Below are positions 1-11,924 of a DNA stretch of 63,425 nucleotides, in pieces; positions within the stretch are counted from its first letter, which is position 1; every line of letters starts with the position of its first letter. The translations under genes and the position numbers were made by a program. The stretch lies in NCBI RefSeq assembly GCF_016433145.1, contig NC_058132.1:293587292-293650716 (forward strand), written 5' to 3'. The notes below the pieces were generated by a model that did not search any database, was not told the origin of the DNA, and worked only from the letters and a program-made list of their open reading frames with translations. This DNA comes from Gracilinanus agilis (Eukaryota).

Positions 1-608
1 ACTAGATACAGTCTCTGCTGGATGCTACCAGGCATAGGCCCACTAGAAATATGGTTATGAAGCTTTCAACTTCTCACTTCAACTGAAAATCCTTGAGAAT
101 AGCATAGAATTATCAAATCCTAATGAAAAAAGCATGTTCTATAATACTCCTTCAGTTCCAAAGTCAGAGAGACTTTTTAGGAAATTAGTTACCCTCAGCC
201 ATAGGACTAGGAAGAGTCCTAGAAGAAACCCTTCTGAGCTCCTGTCTTGTTCCCTTCAGAGTCCTAGCTATGAAGTTCATCATCTTCCCAAGCAGAAGAT
301 TCTCAGCCTCTATTTCCAATCTTTTTAGAATAAGCAATGACTTTTCTAGCTAAATAGAAAATGTCTTCAGACTCAAATCTGGTCCAGAGACTCTTTCAGA
401 TACCTTTTCCTATTGATGGTGGACATTTCTTGCACCAACTGATTTTACCCCTGATTATTATCCATGTAACTATTAAGCAGTTCTGGGATTTGGAGTCCTC
501 TAACTTGTCCGTTTTAAACCTCTTCTGTTTTCTCAGGTTGATAGAGTCCTTTTTTCTATGCCTACTCATGTATATTTCTGCCCTTTTTTATAAAGATGTG
601 GCCAACAA
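1..608 (+). mobile_element. Possible LTR fragment (3' part)
   Basis: Ends ...ataaagatgtggccaaCA, an LTR-like terminus. Family not recognised. Confidence 0.3.
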
Positions 609-634
609 AAATTGAAGACATTGAATTAACCATG

Positions 635-1075
635 AACTCAGACTAGTATTACCAACTCCATATTCCTAGTATGAAAACTCAGCATGCTGCAAAAAATTTC
701 ATCTTGCCAATTCCTTATCTTAAAACACAACTATGTAAAAAAGTTTTCTTCTCTCTCCTCCTCCAGTCCCTCCATCACCCATTCTTGTTGAGATCATATG
801 ACGTGAACTCTTTCATTATTCATTTTCCTCAAAATTTCCCATCATAAACATGTTCTCACTCTCTATCTCTCCTTTATTCCTGCACTTATAGAAAAAGAGC
901 TATATCTAAAGCCTACCAAGGACAATCCCTTTATTACTGACTTTCATCTCAATCTCTCACTCCTCATCCCTCAGATACCCCTCTGATAACATTGTAAGTA
1001 TCTCAAAATTATTCCTTCCCATCTTTCTTACAAACATGGTCTAGTCTTCTCAATTCTTTAAAAAATAACTGTTTT
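635..1075 (+). mobile_element. Degraded L2 fragment
   Basis: Pyrimidine-rich sequence resembling L2 ORF2. Confidence 0.5.
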
Positions 1076-1195
1076 AAATGTTTTTTTTGCCTTTACATCA
1101 TCATAATTTCCTCAGTATTCCTTTCCCTCCCCCTCCCAGAGAGCCATTCCATATAGCAAATTGTATTCTAAAGATAAAAAAGTGGGAGAATGTGT

Positions 1196-1452
1196 ATACT
1201 AATATTCATAGAGAGCTTACCATATGCCAGGCATTATACTAAGTACTTTGTAAATTATCTCATTTGATTCTCATATCTACCCTGGAAGGTAGGTGCTATT
1301 ATTATCCTTATTTTACAAATGGGGAAATGGAGGCAAACAGATTATGTGACTTGACCAAGATCACATAACTAGCAACTGTATGACGCTGTATTGGAGCTCA
1401 GGTCTGTCTGCTTGACTCCAAACCTGACACTTTATTGCCCCAACTAGCTGCC
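1196..1452 (-). mobile_element. MIR/Mar1-type CORE-SINE
   Basis: Core motif attttacaaatggggaaatggaggc...gtgacttgaccaagatcaca; head ends ...tagctgcc. Confidence 0.8.
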
Positions 1453-1659
1453 TAATGTCTAATGAATATATTGAAAAAAAATCTAAAAACCACTTATAAA
1501 CCTCCATCCTCAGCAAAATGGTGAGCTGGAAGTGTTTTCTCATACCTATTCTTTAGAAGCTAGGTGTTGCACTGGATAGAGGACTGGTCCTAGAATGAGG
1601 AAGACTTGCATTCAAATCCAGCCTCAAACATTTACTAGTCGAGTGATATACATGAATTA

Positions 1660-2087
1660 ATGCAGAGAGAAATAAAACCAGGAGATCATTGTACCTAGTG
1701 TCAGCAATATTGTAGAATGAAAAACCATGATAGACTTAGCTACTCTTAGTAATGCAATGATCCAAGACAAGTCTGAGAGACTTACGACAAAGAATCCTAT
1801 CCATCTCCAGAGAAAGAATTGTTGGAGGTGGACTGCAGATTGAAGCATGCAATTTTTCACTTTAGTTTATTTGGGTTTTTGTTTTAAATATCTATTCTCT
1901 TACAAAAGTGAGCAATATGGAAATAAGTTTTGCATGATAACACATGTATAACCAGATTGAATTGTTTGCTCCAGGAGGGAGGAGAGAGGAGAGGGAGGGA
2001 AACAATTTGGATCATATAACTTCAGAAAACATGTGGATATTTGTTATTGCATGTAATTGATAAAACAAAATATCTTTATAATTAAAA
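1660..2087 (+). mobile_element. L1 3' UTR fragment
   Basis: Marsupial L1 3' end motifs (gcaatgatccaagacaa, catatggaaat-like, G-rich tract, A-rich end). Confidence 0.8.
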
Positions 2088-2089
2088 AT

Positions 2090-3330
2090 CATATTAATCA
2101 TTGGTTTGTTCATTTTTTTTATAAAATCAACTCAATGGTTTTCTTACATTCAATTTTGTTAGTCACACCATTAATTTTTAGGATTTCCAATTTAATATCT
2201 AACTGGGGATTTTTAATTTGTTCTTTTACCAATTTTAGTTGTATAGTCAATTCATTAATCTATTCTTTCTCTATTTTATTGATATAAGCATTTAGAAATA
2301 TATATATTTTTCTGCTTTTTCTGTATTCCATAAGTTTTGGTACATTGTCTCATCATAATTTTCTTTAGTAAAATTATTTATTGTTTGTTTGACTTATTTT
2401 TAACCCAGTCAAGATTAATTAAGTTAAGATTAATTTATGTAGTCACCATTTAATGTTTATTCTGTACTCATTGCTTCCTTATTAAATATAATTTTAGTGC
2501 ATTATGATTTGAAAAGGGTACATTCAATATTTGTTTTTCTGCACTTTATTATAAAATTTTTTGTAAAAGTATCATGTGCAACCGAGAAAAAGGTGTATTT
2601 ATTTCTATTCCTGTATAATTCTACCAAGATAGCTATCATATCTAGCTTTTCCAAGATTTTATTTATATCTTTAATGTCTTTCCTTATTTTTAGTTGAATT
2701 TTACAGTTCTGAAAAAGGAAGATTTAAATTTCCCAATATAGTTTTTTTTAATCAATTTCTACCTTTAATTGCTTTATCGTTACTTCTTTTAAAATATGGA
2801 TGGTATAACATATATGTTTAGCATTGATAGTGTTTCATTATCTAAAGTCTCTAAATTATAACATTTTTTTCATTCATGCCTCTTTTGTATGTGATTATTC
2901 CAGTTTATTCCTCCCCAACCAATTTTATTTTACTTTTAACTCTTTATACTATGTTCAATTTGATCTCAAAACTTCTATCTATAAATACTCCTTCAAAACA
3001 CTCAATTAATTATATTATTCTTAAAGTTTAAACATATCCTCATCTTATATGCAAAGTAAAAATTTTAATCTTATTAAATCCTTTATAGCTGGTCTTTCAT
3101 GTTATAGTCTTATATTTCTTCTCATTCTTGTATAAAAATGTCCTATTCAGTTTTGGTTTTTTCTTCAAGAATATTTGAAATTCTTATTTCTTTAAATAAC
3201 CATTTCTTTTTTTTTTTTGTATGATGATACTCAGCTTTTGTGGGTAGGTTATTCTTGGTTGTAAACCCAACTCCTTTGCTCTTTGAAATGTCTTCTTCCA
3301 TGTCTTTCATTGTTTTAATATTAAATTAAT
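2090..3330 (-). mobile_element. Old L1 fragment (ORF2 endonuclease region / ORF1 end)
   Basis: T-rich plus strand with decayed L1 motifs (gtatcatgtgcaaccgagaaaaaggtgtattt). Confidence 0.7.
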
Positions 3331-3549
3331 ACAGTCTTCTTGATTAATTTTCTCAGGTTCAGAGGACATCCCACAAATCATCTTTTTCAGAGATGTGACT
3401 CGAAGGTAAATTGCTTAAACTTTTACCTGAACTGGAACTTAGTATATGACACTCTGCCCCACCCCAAACAACCCCCAACTAACAAATTGTCTAGCTTCCA
3501 CTTTTAGGGATCTTTCAAGGATGAAGAAATCACTATTTTGAGAAGCAAC

Positions 3550-3798
3550 CAGGGAAGTGCTGGTAAAGTTTAACAACTGGCTCTCTGAGGAGAAAAAAAA
3601 TTATGTGTGGAACTCTTAAATTTAATCGGCATATTTAATATTTTTCTATCACAATCTCTAAAGTCTAACCCATCAACAACAAAAAAATAAAACAATCACC
3701 TATTTATAGCATTTAACAATTTCTGATGTGTAAATGCTTAGACTGAGAATTTAATAATCAACTCTCCTAAAGTATGAAGTGGCTCTAGAACATCCTTA
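3550..3798. mobile_element. MER63-like hAT (Blackjack) non-autonomous DNA transposon
   Basis: Start cagggaagtgctggtaaagtttaacaactggctctct matches the MER63 terminus as I recall it. Degenerate opposite TIR; possible 8-bp TSD gaagcaac/gaagtaat. Confidence 0.7.
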
Positions 3799-3831
3799 GA
3801 AGTAATCCATTCTACTTTGGCAGAAACTCTA

Positions 3832-4269
3832 CCCATATGAACCAGAAAGACCTCCAGGAATTGATGCAGAGTGAAAGGAGCAGAACCAGGAGAACATTGT
3901 ACACAGAGACTGATACACTGTGGTACAATCGATTGTAATGGACTTCTGTACTAGCAGCAATGCAATGACCCAGGACAATTCTGAGGGATTTATGGAAAAG
4001 AATGCTATCCACATACAGAGGAAGAACTGCAGGAGTGGAAACACAGAAGAAAAACAACTACTTGAACACATGGGTTGAGGTGGACATGATTTGGGAAGTA
4101 AATGACCACCCCAGTGCAACTATCAATAATATGGAAAAAGGTCTTGATCAAAGATGCATGAAGAAACCAATGGAAATGCACATCACCTATGGGGTGGGGG
4201 GAGGAGGGAAGAGTAAGAATATGAATCATGTAACCATGGAAAATTTTTTTCTAAAAAATAAAAAATAAA
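3832..4269 (+). mobile_element. 5'-truncated L1 (3' UTR only) with 10-bp TSD
   Basis: TSD agaaactcta at 3822-3831 and 4270-4279; A-rich tail. Confidence 0.9.
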
Positions 4270-4279
4270 AGAAACTCTA

Positions 4280-4530
4280 ATTGTTGGGAAGTGTTTACTT
4301 CCATTCCAAAATCTGCCTTTATGCAATCTCTACTTTAATCCATCTTTCACCTAACAGTCTTCAAATACTTGAAGATAGCCATAAAAAGTCTTCTTTCCAG
4401 GCTAAATGTCCTATGTTGCTTCAATAATTCCTAATGGGCATTATTTTCATTTCTCTTGCCATCATAGTTCTTCTCTGGACACTCTTCATTTTATCAGTAC
4501 CTTTCCCAAAAAAATGTAGTAAAATGGATT
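4280..4530 (-). mobile_element. CR1/L3 3' fragment
   Basis: cttcaaatacttgaagatagc...tccaggctaaatgtcc...ctctggacactc matches the L3 3' region. Confidence 0.75.
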
Positions 4531-5159
4531 GGAATACAAATAAATAATCTAGCTACAGGCATGGGTAAAGTAAAGAGAAAGAGGAAATTATTGTGTTTCC
4601 CATGATACCTGGACCAGGATTTAACAGATGGGCACATGACTGCTCCCCACATAACATGCTGTGAAACCTCTATGTCTTTGCTTACACTGTTCCCCACTCC
4701 TTAAACACCCTTTCTCCCTTTCTTTCTTTGTTGAATAGTGTTATACCATGAAAACCTAAACTATTTGAAAGCTTCATCATACTTATTACTTATTTCATCC
4801 TACTCCTCCAACTCTATCCCACTATTTTAATTTCCTTTAGGCATGAAAGTGGATTCCACAGGGTAAAATATGCATGTGTATTTTCAGTCATATTGACTAC
4901 CACTGACTTCTAGTGCCTATCTTCTGATGAAGAAGAAAAAAGGTCTCCAAAGCACAATAAATATCATCACATTTAATAGTAACTTCAAAATATTGGGTTG
5001 GTTTTTTTTTGTCAAGGTGTTTGTGTATTTTTTGCTAGTTTCCCCTTATAATCTCCCTAAGGAGTTGGACAAATGGACAAGTGAGTCACATGGCTTTTAC
5101 AAATTCACTTGTTAAATATACTAACGCTAATTTCCATCTCCCATTGCAGTTTCATGGAT

Positions 5160-5345
5160 TATGAAGAGGCAGGCATAGCATAGTGGAAAACAAAGGGAAT
5201 GTGGGTGCAAATTCTATTTCTGAGGTTCATTAACAGGGCAACCTTAGGCAAATTACTTGATTTCACTGCATTTCACTATTCAGTAAGAGCAGAGAATTAG
5301 ACTAGTCAGGCTCTGAGTTCCTTTCCAGCTCTGAATTTATGGGAC
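5160..5345 (+). mobile_element. MIR3-like SINE
   Basis: tRNA-like head and tail gttcctttccagctctgaatttatg. Confidence 0.65.
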
Positions 5346-8300
5346 TGAAATATATAAACAACTCTTCAAGTTATACCACAGTGTCAGGAATTTAGCTGAG
5401 TAGACAAATATCCTCTTTAGACAACTTCAACCAAGCAAAGAGCCTTTAATTCACACTTTGAAACACAGAAATGCCTCTTACAATGCAATCACCCAGCTCT
5501 CAAGAAACCCTTTGTTGATTTAGTGATTATTGGATAACAAAATTCTTCTAAATGCCATATTTGGATAGAATACAGCTGCTTTACTGATTTACTTACAGCT
5601 GATTTACTTCTAATTTTGAGCTTATAAAAACCTGAATGTGGCTCGCATCTTACTCTAGTGACAATAAAAATAATGAAATAAAGAAAATTATGATAAAATA
5701 AAATATATTTTCAGAAAAATCCAAAACTTATTTTTATACCAAATATAATTTTAAATAACAATTTGTATAATGTTTAGTTTATGTTTTTAAGTTTTTTTCT
5801 TTTAAAGAAATCCCAATTTAAGGTTATGGCTTTTATTTGGAGAATATCTAACAGACACTGGTGTGGAAGTATAACTTTGGCCTAAACTTTTAATTTCTCC
5901 ATACCACATTTTTCTCATCTGCTAAATGAGGGTGTTGGACAAGATGATTGTTCTAAATCTATAATGTTAATATGACTCAGGGTCAGACATTTCCCATAAT
6001 CAGACAACACTAGCCTTAGCAAAACTAAGGCAATAGGGCAACACATTCTTCTCTATCTTCTTTTTTTTTTAAGCTTCCTTCTCCATCTCTTCTGCATCTT
6101 TGTGGATTCCACTTTTGATTCCTGTTATGCAGAAGTTGTGTCCTCCTCCTGGGTATCTTTGCCATATACTGTATTTAGCTTTGGACTTTTCTTTCCCCAA
6201 TCCTCATATCAAATTCTAAACCTGCTATACCTTTGAAAGGTTATTGTTTTACTCATCCTGGAACATGGGGATTTTAATTTGGGAAAAATCAATTCTTTGT
6301 ATAAAGGAATGGTTTGTTAACAAGAATAATAAATATTTGTGTAATAATTTATAGGATTTCAATATTCAAAATCAATTTCTTCCCTTCTTTCATATGAAAA
6401 ATCCATCTTCCTTTTCAATTGAGTCACCTAGCTGCCCTCAAACTCAGAGTATAGTACTAATATTTTTCCTACAACATTTTGGATATCCCCTAAAAAAGTG
6501 TTGAGGAATCTGTTGATCAACTTGATAATTACAATAGGTTTGTCTGTTGTCTTGTCAGTGCATGTATCATGTGTGACAGAATTTTTTAAGACTTGTCAAA
6601 CCTGGTGATTACTACCCCTTTCTAGTGATTTATATGGGCACAAATAATACTGTAAATAGCAATCTAAAAATCATTGCCAATAATTATGAAATCTTGGGCA
6701 AGAAACTGAAGACTTTAGATATACAGGTAGTATTTTCATCACTGTTGTTAACCCAAAGTAATTGTATCAGATGATAAATGTAGATTTGAAGTGAGAATCT
6801 TGTTAAGAAGATGGCATCTGGAAAAGGGTTTGGGTTTTTGAATTGACAACATAAAATACGGGAATGATTGTCTCTTCTTGACCCATCATGAAGCAAATGT
6901 AACAAAGGCTAGCAAAAATATATTTTCCTGGGGTCAGTCAGGTGGCCCAGTGGATAGGGTGTCAGGCCTGGAGCCTGGACCAATAAGGAAGAAATGGTTG
7001 TTGGGATGGAAAAGACAGGAATTATGGAAAAAGAACATTTCGTCTTAGAATTTATGGTAAACAATAATATAAAATTAAGCAGAGTTTCATATGAAATGAT
7101 GTAGTCTGGCATAATCTCTACTAGATTTGGGGAAGAGATTTCCAAAAGTTCTGAGAAAATCTAGGTAAGGACCAATGAGCTAAAATTCTACAGGAGTAGC
7201 AAGCTAAAGAAGAATGAGATGTCTACAAGAATGAAATTCCAAAAACACAAAGAAAAACCATCTGATTAGGAGAAAAAAAGATTTTCTAGCCTCTAGTCTA
7301 TAGAGATTATTGATTATACAGGGAATATATCCATCTACTTAGCTTTTTTAAATGTCTGCTGAATGGTCACTTGTCAATTATATCATAGATTCTTATTCAG
7401 TTATGGGTTGGCCTAAGTGGTTCCAGTGGTTCTTTTTAACTTGGAGATTCTGTTTGGTCTAGGGCCACTGGGTCTAATGCCCCAATCTATTATATGGTCT
7501 GGAAAAAATAGCTTATATTTTTATTTAGATGAATAAATTGAAGTTACCATTCAAATTCAAGTGTTTTTAGGCAAACCAGCTGGACCAAATTAATAAAATA
7601 AAAAGTGTTTCTGAATGCTTACTGTCCTGCTCATCCAGTTCTTAGCTAGGGTCAAGCTATATGCTGCAGAATTATTTTGACTTTGGGTTGGTACCTTGAT
7701 ATTTAGATTAGAAGTTAGAAATTTCTTGCTATAAAAGGTCAGTGGTTATTCTCAAGTTTTAAGTTCATTTAGGTGCTTAGTGTATCCAGTGAAGTCATGT
7801 GCCAGTGGATCTGTCACTTCATCAATGTGAGTATACAGATGACAAGTCATCTGTACTTGTGCATCCTCTCACTTATGTATTTCTGTAAGTTTACCACAGG
7901 AAGGCTGTATAACATAATGAGAGTTTTCCTTAAGTTCTGAAATCTTGAGGGTACTAATGGACCTTTAAATAGCATTAAAAAATGACTGTACATATTTCAT
8001 ATTTTAAAGTTCCTCAAAATAAAATCAGTTAAAAAGTGGAAGTACAAGAAAGATTCATATAAATAATAATGTTGGCCTTATTGCCCCCCAAACTGCATTA
8101 TCTGATCACTGATTGCCTTTTCATGATTCAGGACACGGTCTAAGAGGAGTATAGCTGTTGAGGAGTGAATGATAAACTCCCTTATGGACTGAGCAAGGTT
8201 TACAAGGAAAGCCACTCCCATTCTGAGTCCTCCTGATCACCCATGATAATTTATCCAGAAAATTCATTAGTTGTATCTAATAGTGAGGATCTCACCAAAT

Positions 8301-9099
8301 TAAATTTGCAAAGACAACAGCTTTATAGCCATTTCTTTTAATCTTGTTTGTAATATTGCCCATTAAATAGAAAATGTAGCATGCCAGATCCAGTTCATTT
8401 CTAAGCAAATTATAGGGGTGGGAGAGAGCTAAATTGTACACCAATACCGAAAAAAATAAAATAAAATGTTTCTCCAGCAGGGCTGCAAAAGCAGACATCT
8501 GTTTGTGACAAGCTGACAAAACCAAAGAATTGAAACTTGATGAATCTTAATGTTTTCTACTGTGTATCACAAGGGTCCCCAATTATTTCCAGTCTTTGTG
8601 AAAGAATGACTAATGATAATTCACACATGCTGATCATTTGCATATTCAGACTTGAATATTGGGGAAAGAGAAGGAGGAAAACAGGCAACATCATCTTCTT
8701 TGCTCCAGATTAAAATTCTTCCTTTCAATATTGCTTTGCCTTTGAAACACTACGTGGGATTAAAACTTGTTTCATGAGTTAAGTCCAACTCATTTTCCTG
8801 GTTTCTAAGAAAAGAAAAATCAACTTTTCCTTCATTTTGAGATCCAATGTTTGAGGAGGAAATCACTCTGCAGCTGCTATTGTCAGCAGGTGTTTAAAAC
8901 AATTGGACCCAGACACAATTGGCCTAATCAAACCCTTGATCTTAGGGCATAAATGGATGATTATACCTACAGGTTGACATCCACATACATACAGCTGCAT
9001 GCATCAAAACCTTTTAAATGTTTTGTTTTTAAAATGAATTGTTATAAGATCTCGGCAGCCATTAGTGTGGGCTGTATAAGCTATGCCACTATCATTATG

Positions 9100-11924
9100 G
9101 TTGTAGACTCAATTCTCTTGCCTTCCTGAATATCATATTCTAAGCCTTGTGGTCCTTTAGTGTGGAAGCTGCCATGTCCTGTGTAATTCTGACTGAGATG
9201 CTTTGATATCTGAATTGTCTCTTTCTAGCCACTTGCAGTATTTTCTCCTTGGCCTGGAAGCTCTTGAACTTGGCTATGACATTCCTGGGGGTTGTCTTTT
9301 GGGGATTTAATGTAGGGAGTAATCTGTGGGTTCTTTCAATGTCTAATTTTTCCCTCTTGTTCAAGAATACCAGGGCAGGGCAGTTTTCATGCATAATTTC
9401 TTTTAATATGACATCAAAGTTTTTTGTTGTTGTTGTTCCAGGTTTTCTGATAGACAAATAATTCTGAAAATTGTCTCTTCTGGGTTTGTTTTCCAGGTTA
9501 GTTGTCTTTTCAATGAGATATTTCATGTTTCTTTCTATTTTTTAATTCTTTTGATTTTGCTTCATTAATTCTTGCTGTCTCATGAAATCATTAGCTTCGA
9601 CTTGCCTAATTCTAGTCTTCAAAGACTGATTTTCAGCTATGATCTTTTGATTTTCCTTCTCAGTTTTGTCTATTCTATTTTTCTTGGTTTCCAGAAGATC
9701 AATTCTGGTCTCCAGTTTGCTTATTACTTCATTTGATTTCCATGCCTATTTTTCCCTATAGTGTGGTGCAGAGATGGGGCATAATAGATTTGCAGGCTTG
9801 GCTGGAGAGTTCTTCTGTCAGTTAAGGAGAGTTTAGAATCTTGGGAAGAGTTCAGTTGGTCCTGGGAACTCGTGGAGAGTATCAGGGCCAATCTGAGCTC
9901 CTTCTTTAGGTTGAAACCTGGCCTATATTTTGCAGCTTTTCTTTTAAAATTGTTAGTTTAGCTAATTCCTTTGAATCTCCCTAGCCTTCCTTATTCCCAC
10001 CTTCTGAGAAGTTTTGAAAGGAGAGTAGATCTGACAGTTAGTTCAAATCTTTGATAGTTTAGTCAAATAGGGCTTTCCCTTGTTACAAATTTACCTATTG
10101 AATCATTGTACCCAGCTTTCCTATCCCTTTTGACCACAAACCCTCTTGGGGCTGAAGTAAGCTGGTCCCTACTCAGTCTCATGTTGCTGCCTCCCTTCCC
10201 CCACCTGAAGCTTTCTCTAAGCTGCTGTTAGGGCTACCTTGTATCCTCTACCCTGCCAATCTACCCTAGAAGACAATAAACCCCCTTGGTCTTTAATCAA
10301 AACCCTTTGGCTACTTCATTAGTTGATTAGTTAAAGAGGGAGGAGGAGAGAGAGAATAACATTCTCTCTGGAGTTTGAGGGAAGCTGGAAGTATCCATTT
10401 TGGAGGAAGTGTAACTTCAATACTTCCTCTAGTCCCTTCCTGTGAAACTGACTAGAAGCTTCAAGTCAGTTTCAAGCCATTCTTGGCTGGCTCTAACCTG
10501 GCTCTATAAAGTGTCCCTTTTACTTGAAAGGCTCAGTCTGTTTCCCTTCAGTGTTTTGTCTCTAACCTGAGTATCCAGTCTGTGTTTCCCTGCTGCTGTT
10601 GCCTGCCTTAGATTAACTCATCCTCTCCTTTGCAACTCTTTATACCTCTGTGTTATATTCCCTAAACTCAGACATTCCCTTACTTCTCCTTCCACCTCAA
10701 CTACCAACCTTCACCATTGTACCTTCCTCATCCACTTTCCTGCCTTAGGGATTCACAAACCCCTATCTACATTGCCCATCCTCAATTCCAACCATCCCTC
10801 TGCCTTAATTTCCCTACTACCTAGCTTATTCCCTTGATTACCTCCAGCCTTGGGTCCCTTGCCTTGCCTTAATCCCTATTCCAACCGGCTACTACCTATA
10901 GCCTAAGCCCTTATTACCCCTAGCTTCAGTCCCTTGTTACATCCGAAAATTCCCTTATTACAATAGGCAATTTTGTCTTTTAAGCTGTTACTTTCTTATT
11001 TTATTGCTTCCATTTCTTTTTCTCTCTTTTCTTCCCATTTTTCTTCTAGCTTTCTTTACTTGATTCTTGAACTCCTTTTTGAGCTCCTCCAGAGTTTGCA
11101 ACCAATTTACTTTTTTTTTTGAGAGTTTGATGTATTTGCTTGCTTTTCAGTCTCTGATGTTACTTCTCTGTATTTTACTCTTTTTCTTCATAGAAATTAT
11201 CTAGTCAAGAGCTTTTTTTTTTGCTGTTGCTTATTCCTTTTGTCACTAGTGGATTGGGGTTCCTGCATGTAGGTGATCATTGCTTTCTTAACTTCTGTCT
11301 CTCAGGTAGTATCTTGGTACTATCTTGGCAATATCTTCCTTGCCTTGGTAGTATCTTCCCTTCCCTATCAGAAGCCTGATTGAGGGCAAGTAGATCTGTG
11401 ATGTTTTTTTGTGTAGCACATCTTTAAAGCATTTTGCCCTGAGGCTAATTTCCTCAGCTTCCACTTCTTGGATTTCCATCTGTACTATGTGTTTTGCCCC
11501 AAGGCTATATTTTTCCAGCCCCTGCTTCCTTGGCTGTGGCCAGCCATGTTTCTGCCCAAGCTCTGCACTCTGCTCTTTAGCCTCAAGTCTCACTGCTAAG
11601 GTTTTGCACTGCCTTTAGGAGTAAGTCTGTGGTACTTTCAGCTAGCCCCAAGGAATTTAGAGATTGCCTTGACCCTCACTCTAACTCTGGCAAAGAAGGT
11701 GGTATAGGGGGAGGGGTGACCAGCTTACACTTTGATTAGTACAGTTTTGCCCCCTTATAGCATGGGACTCCCCAATCACTGCCTACCTTTAACACTGTAT
11801 TCAGTGGGAGAACCCCTTTACTCATCTGGTTTTTATTTCTGTCCTTTTGAGATGCTTTGTAATGATGGGTTGGAAGGAGATTCAGAAGGCTCTTGCTACT
11901 ATGCTGCCATCTTGGCTCTACTCC
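9100..11924 (-). mobile_element. L1 5' UTR plus ORF1, 3'-truncated, flanked by a 16-bp TSD and interrupted by a solo LTR
   Basis: 5' end ggagtagagccaagatggcagc. ORF 9140..9526 encodes L1 ORF1p C-terminal motifs (IERTHR...PRNVIAKF...AKEKILQ..RITQD). TSD tgccactatcattatg at 9084-9099 and 11925-11940. Confidence 0.9.
9762..10962. mobile_element. Solo ERV LTR (1201 bp, class I/ERV1-like)
   Basis: TG...CA termini and 4-bp TSD atag (9758-9761, 10963-10966). No PBS or PPT in the flanks; L1 sequence resumes on both sides. AATAAA at 10275-10280 (+) suggests plus orientation, but this is uncertain. Confidence 0.85.
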
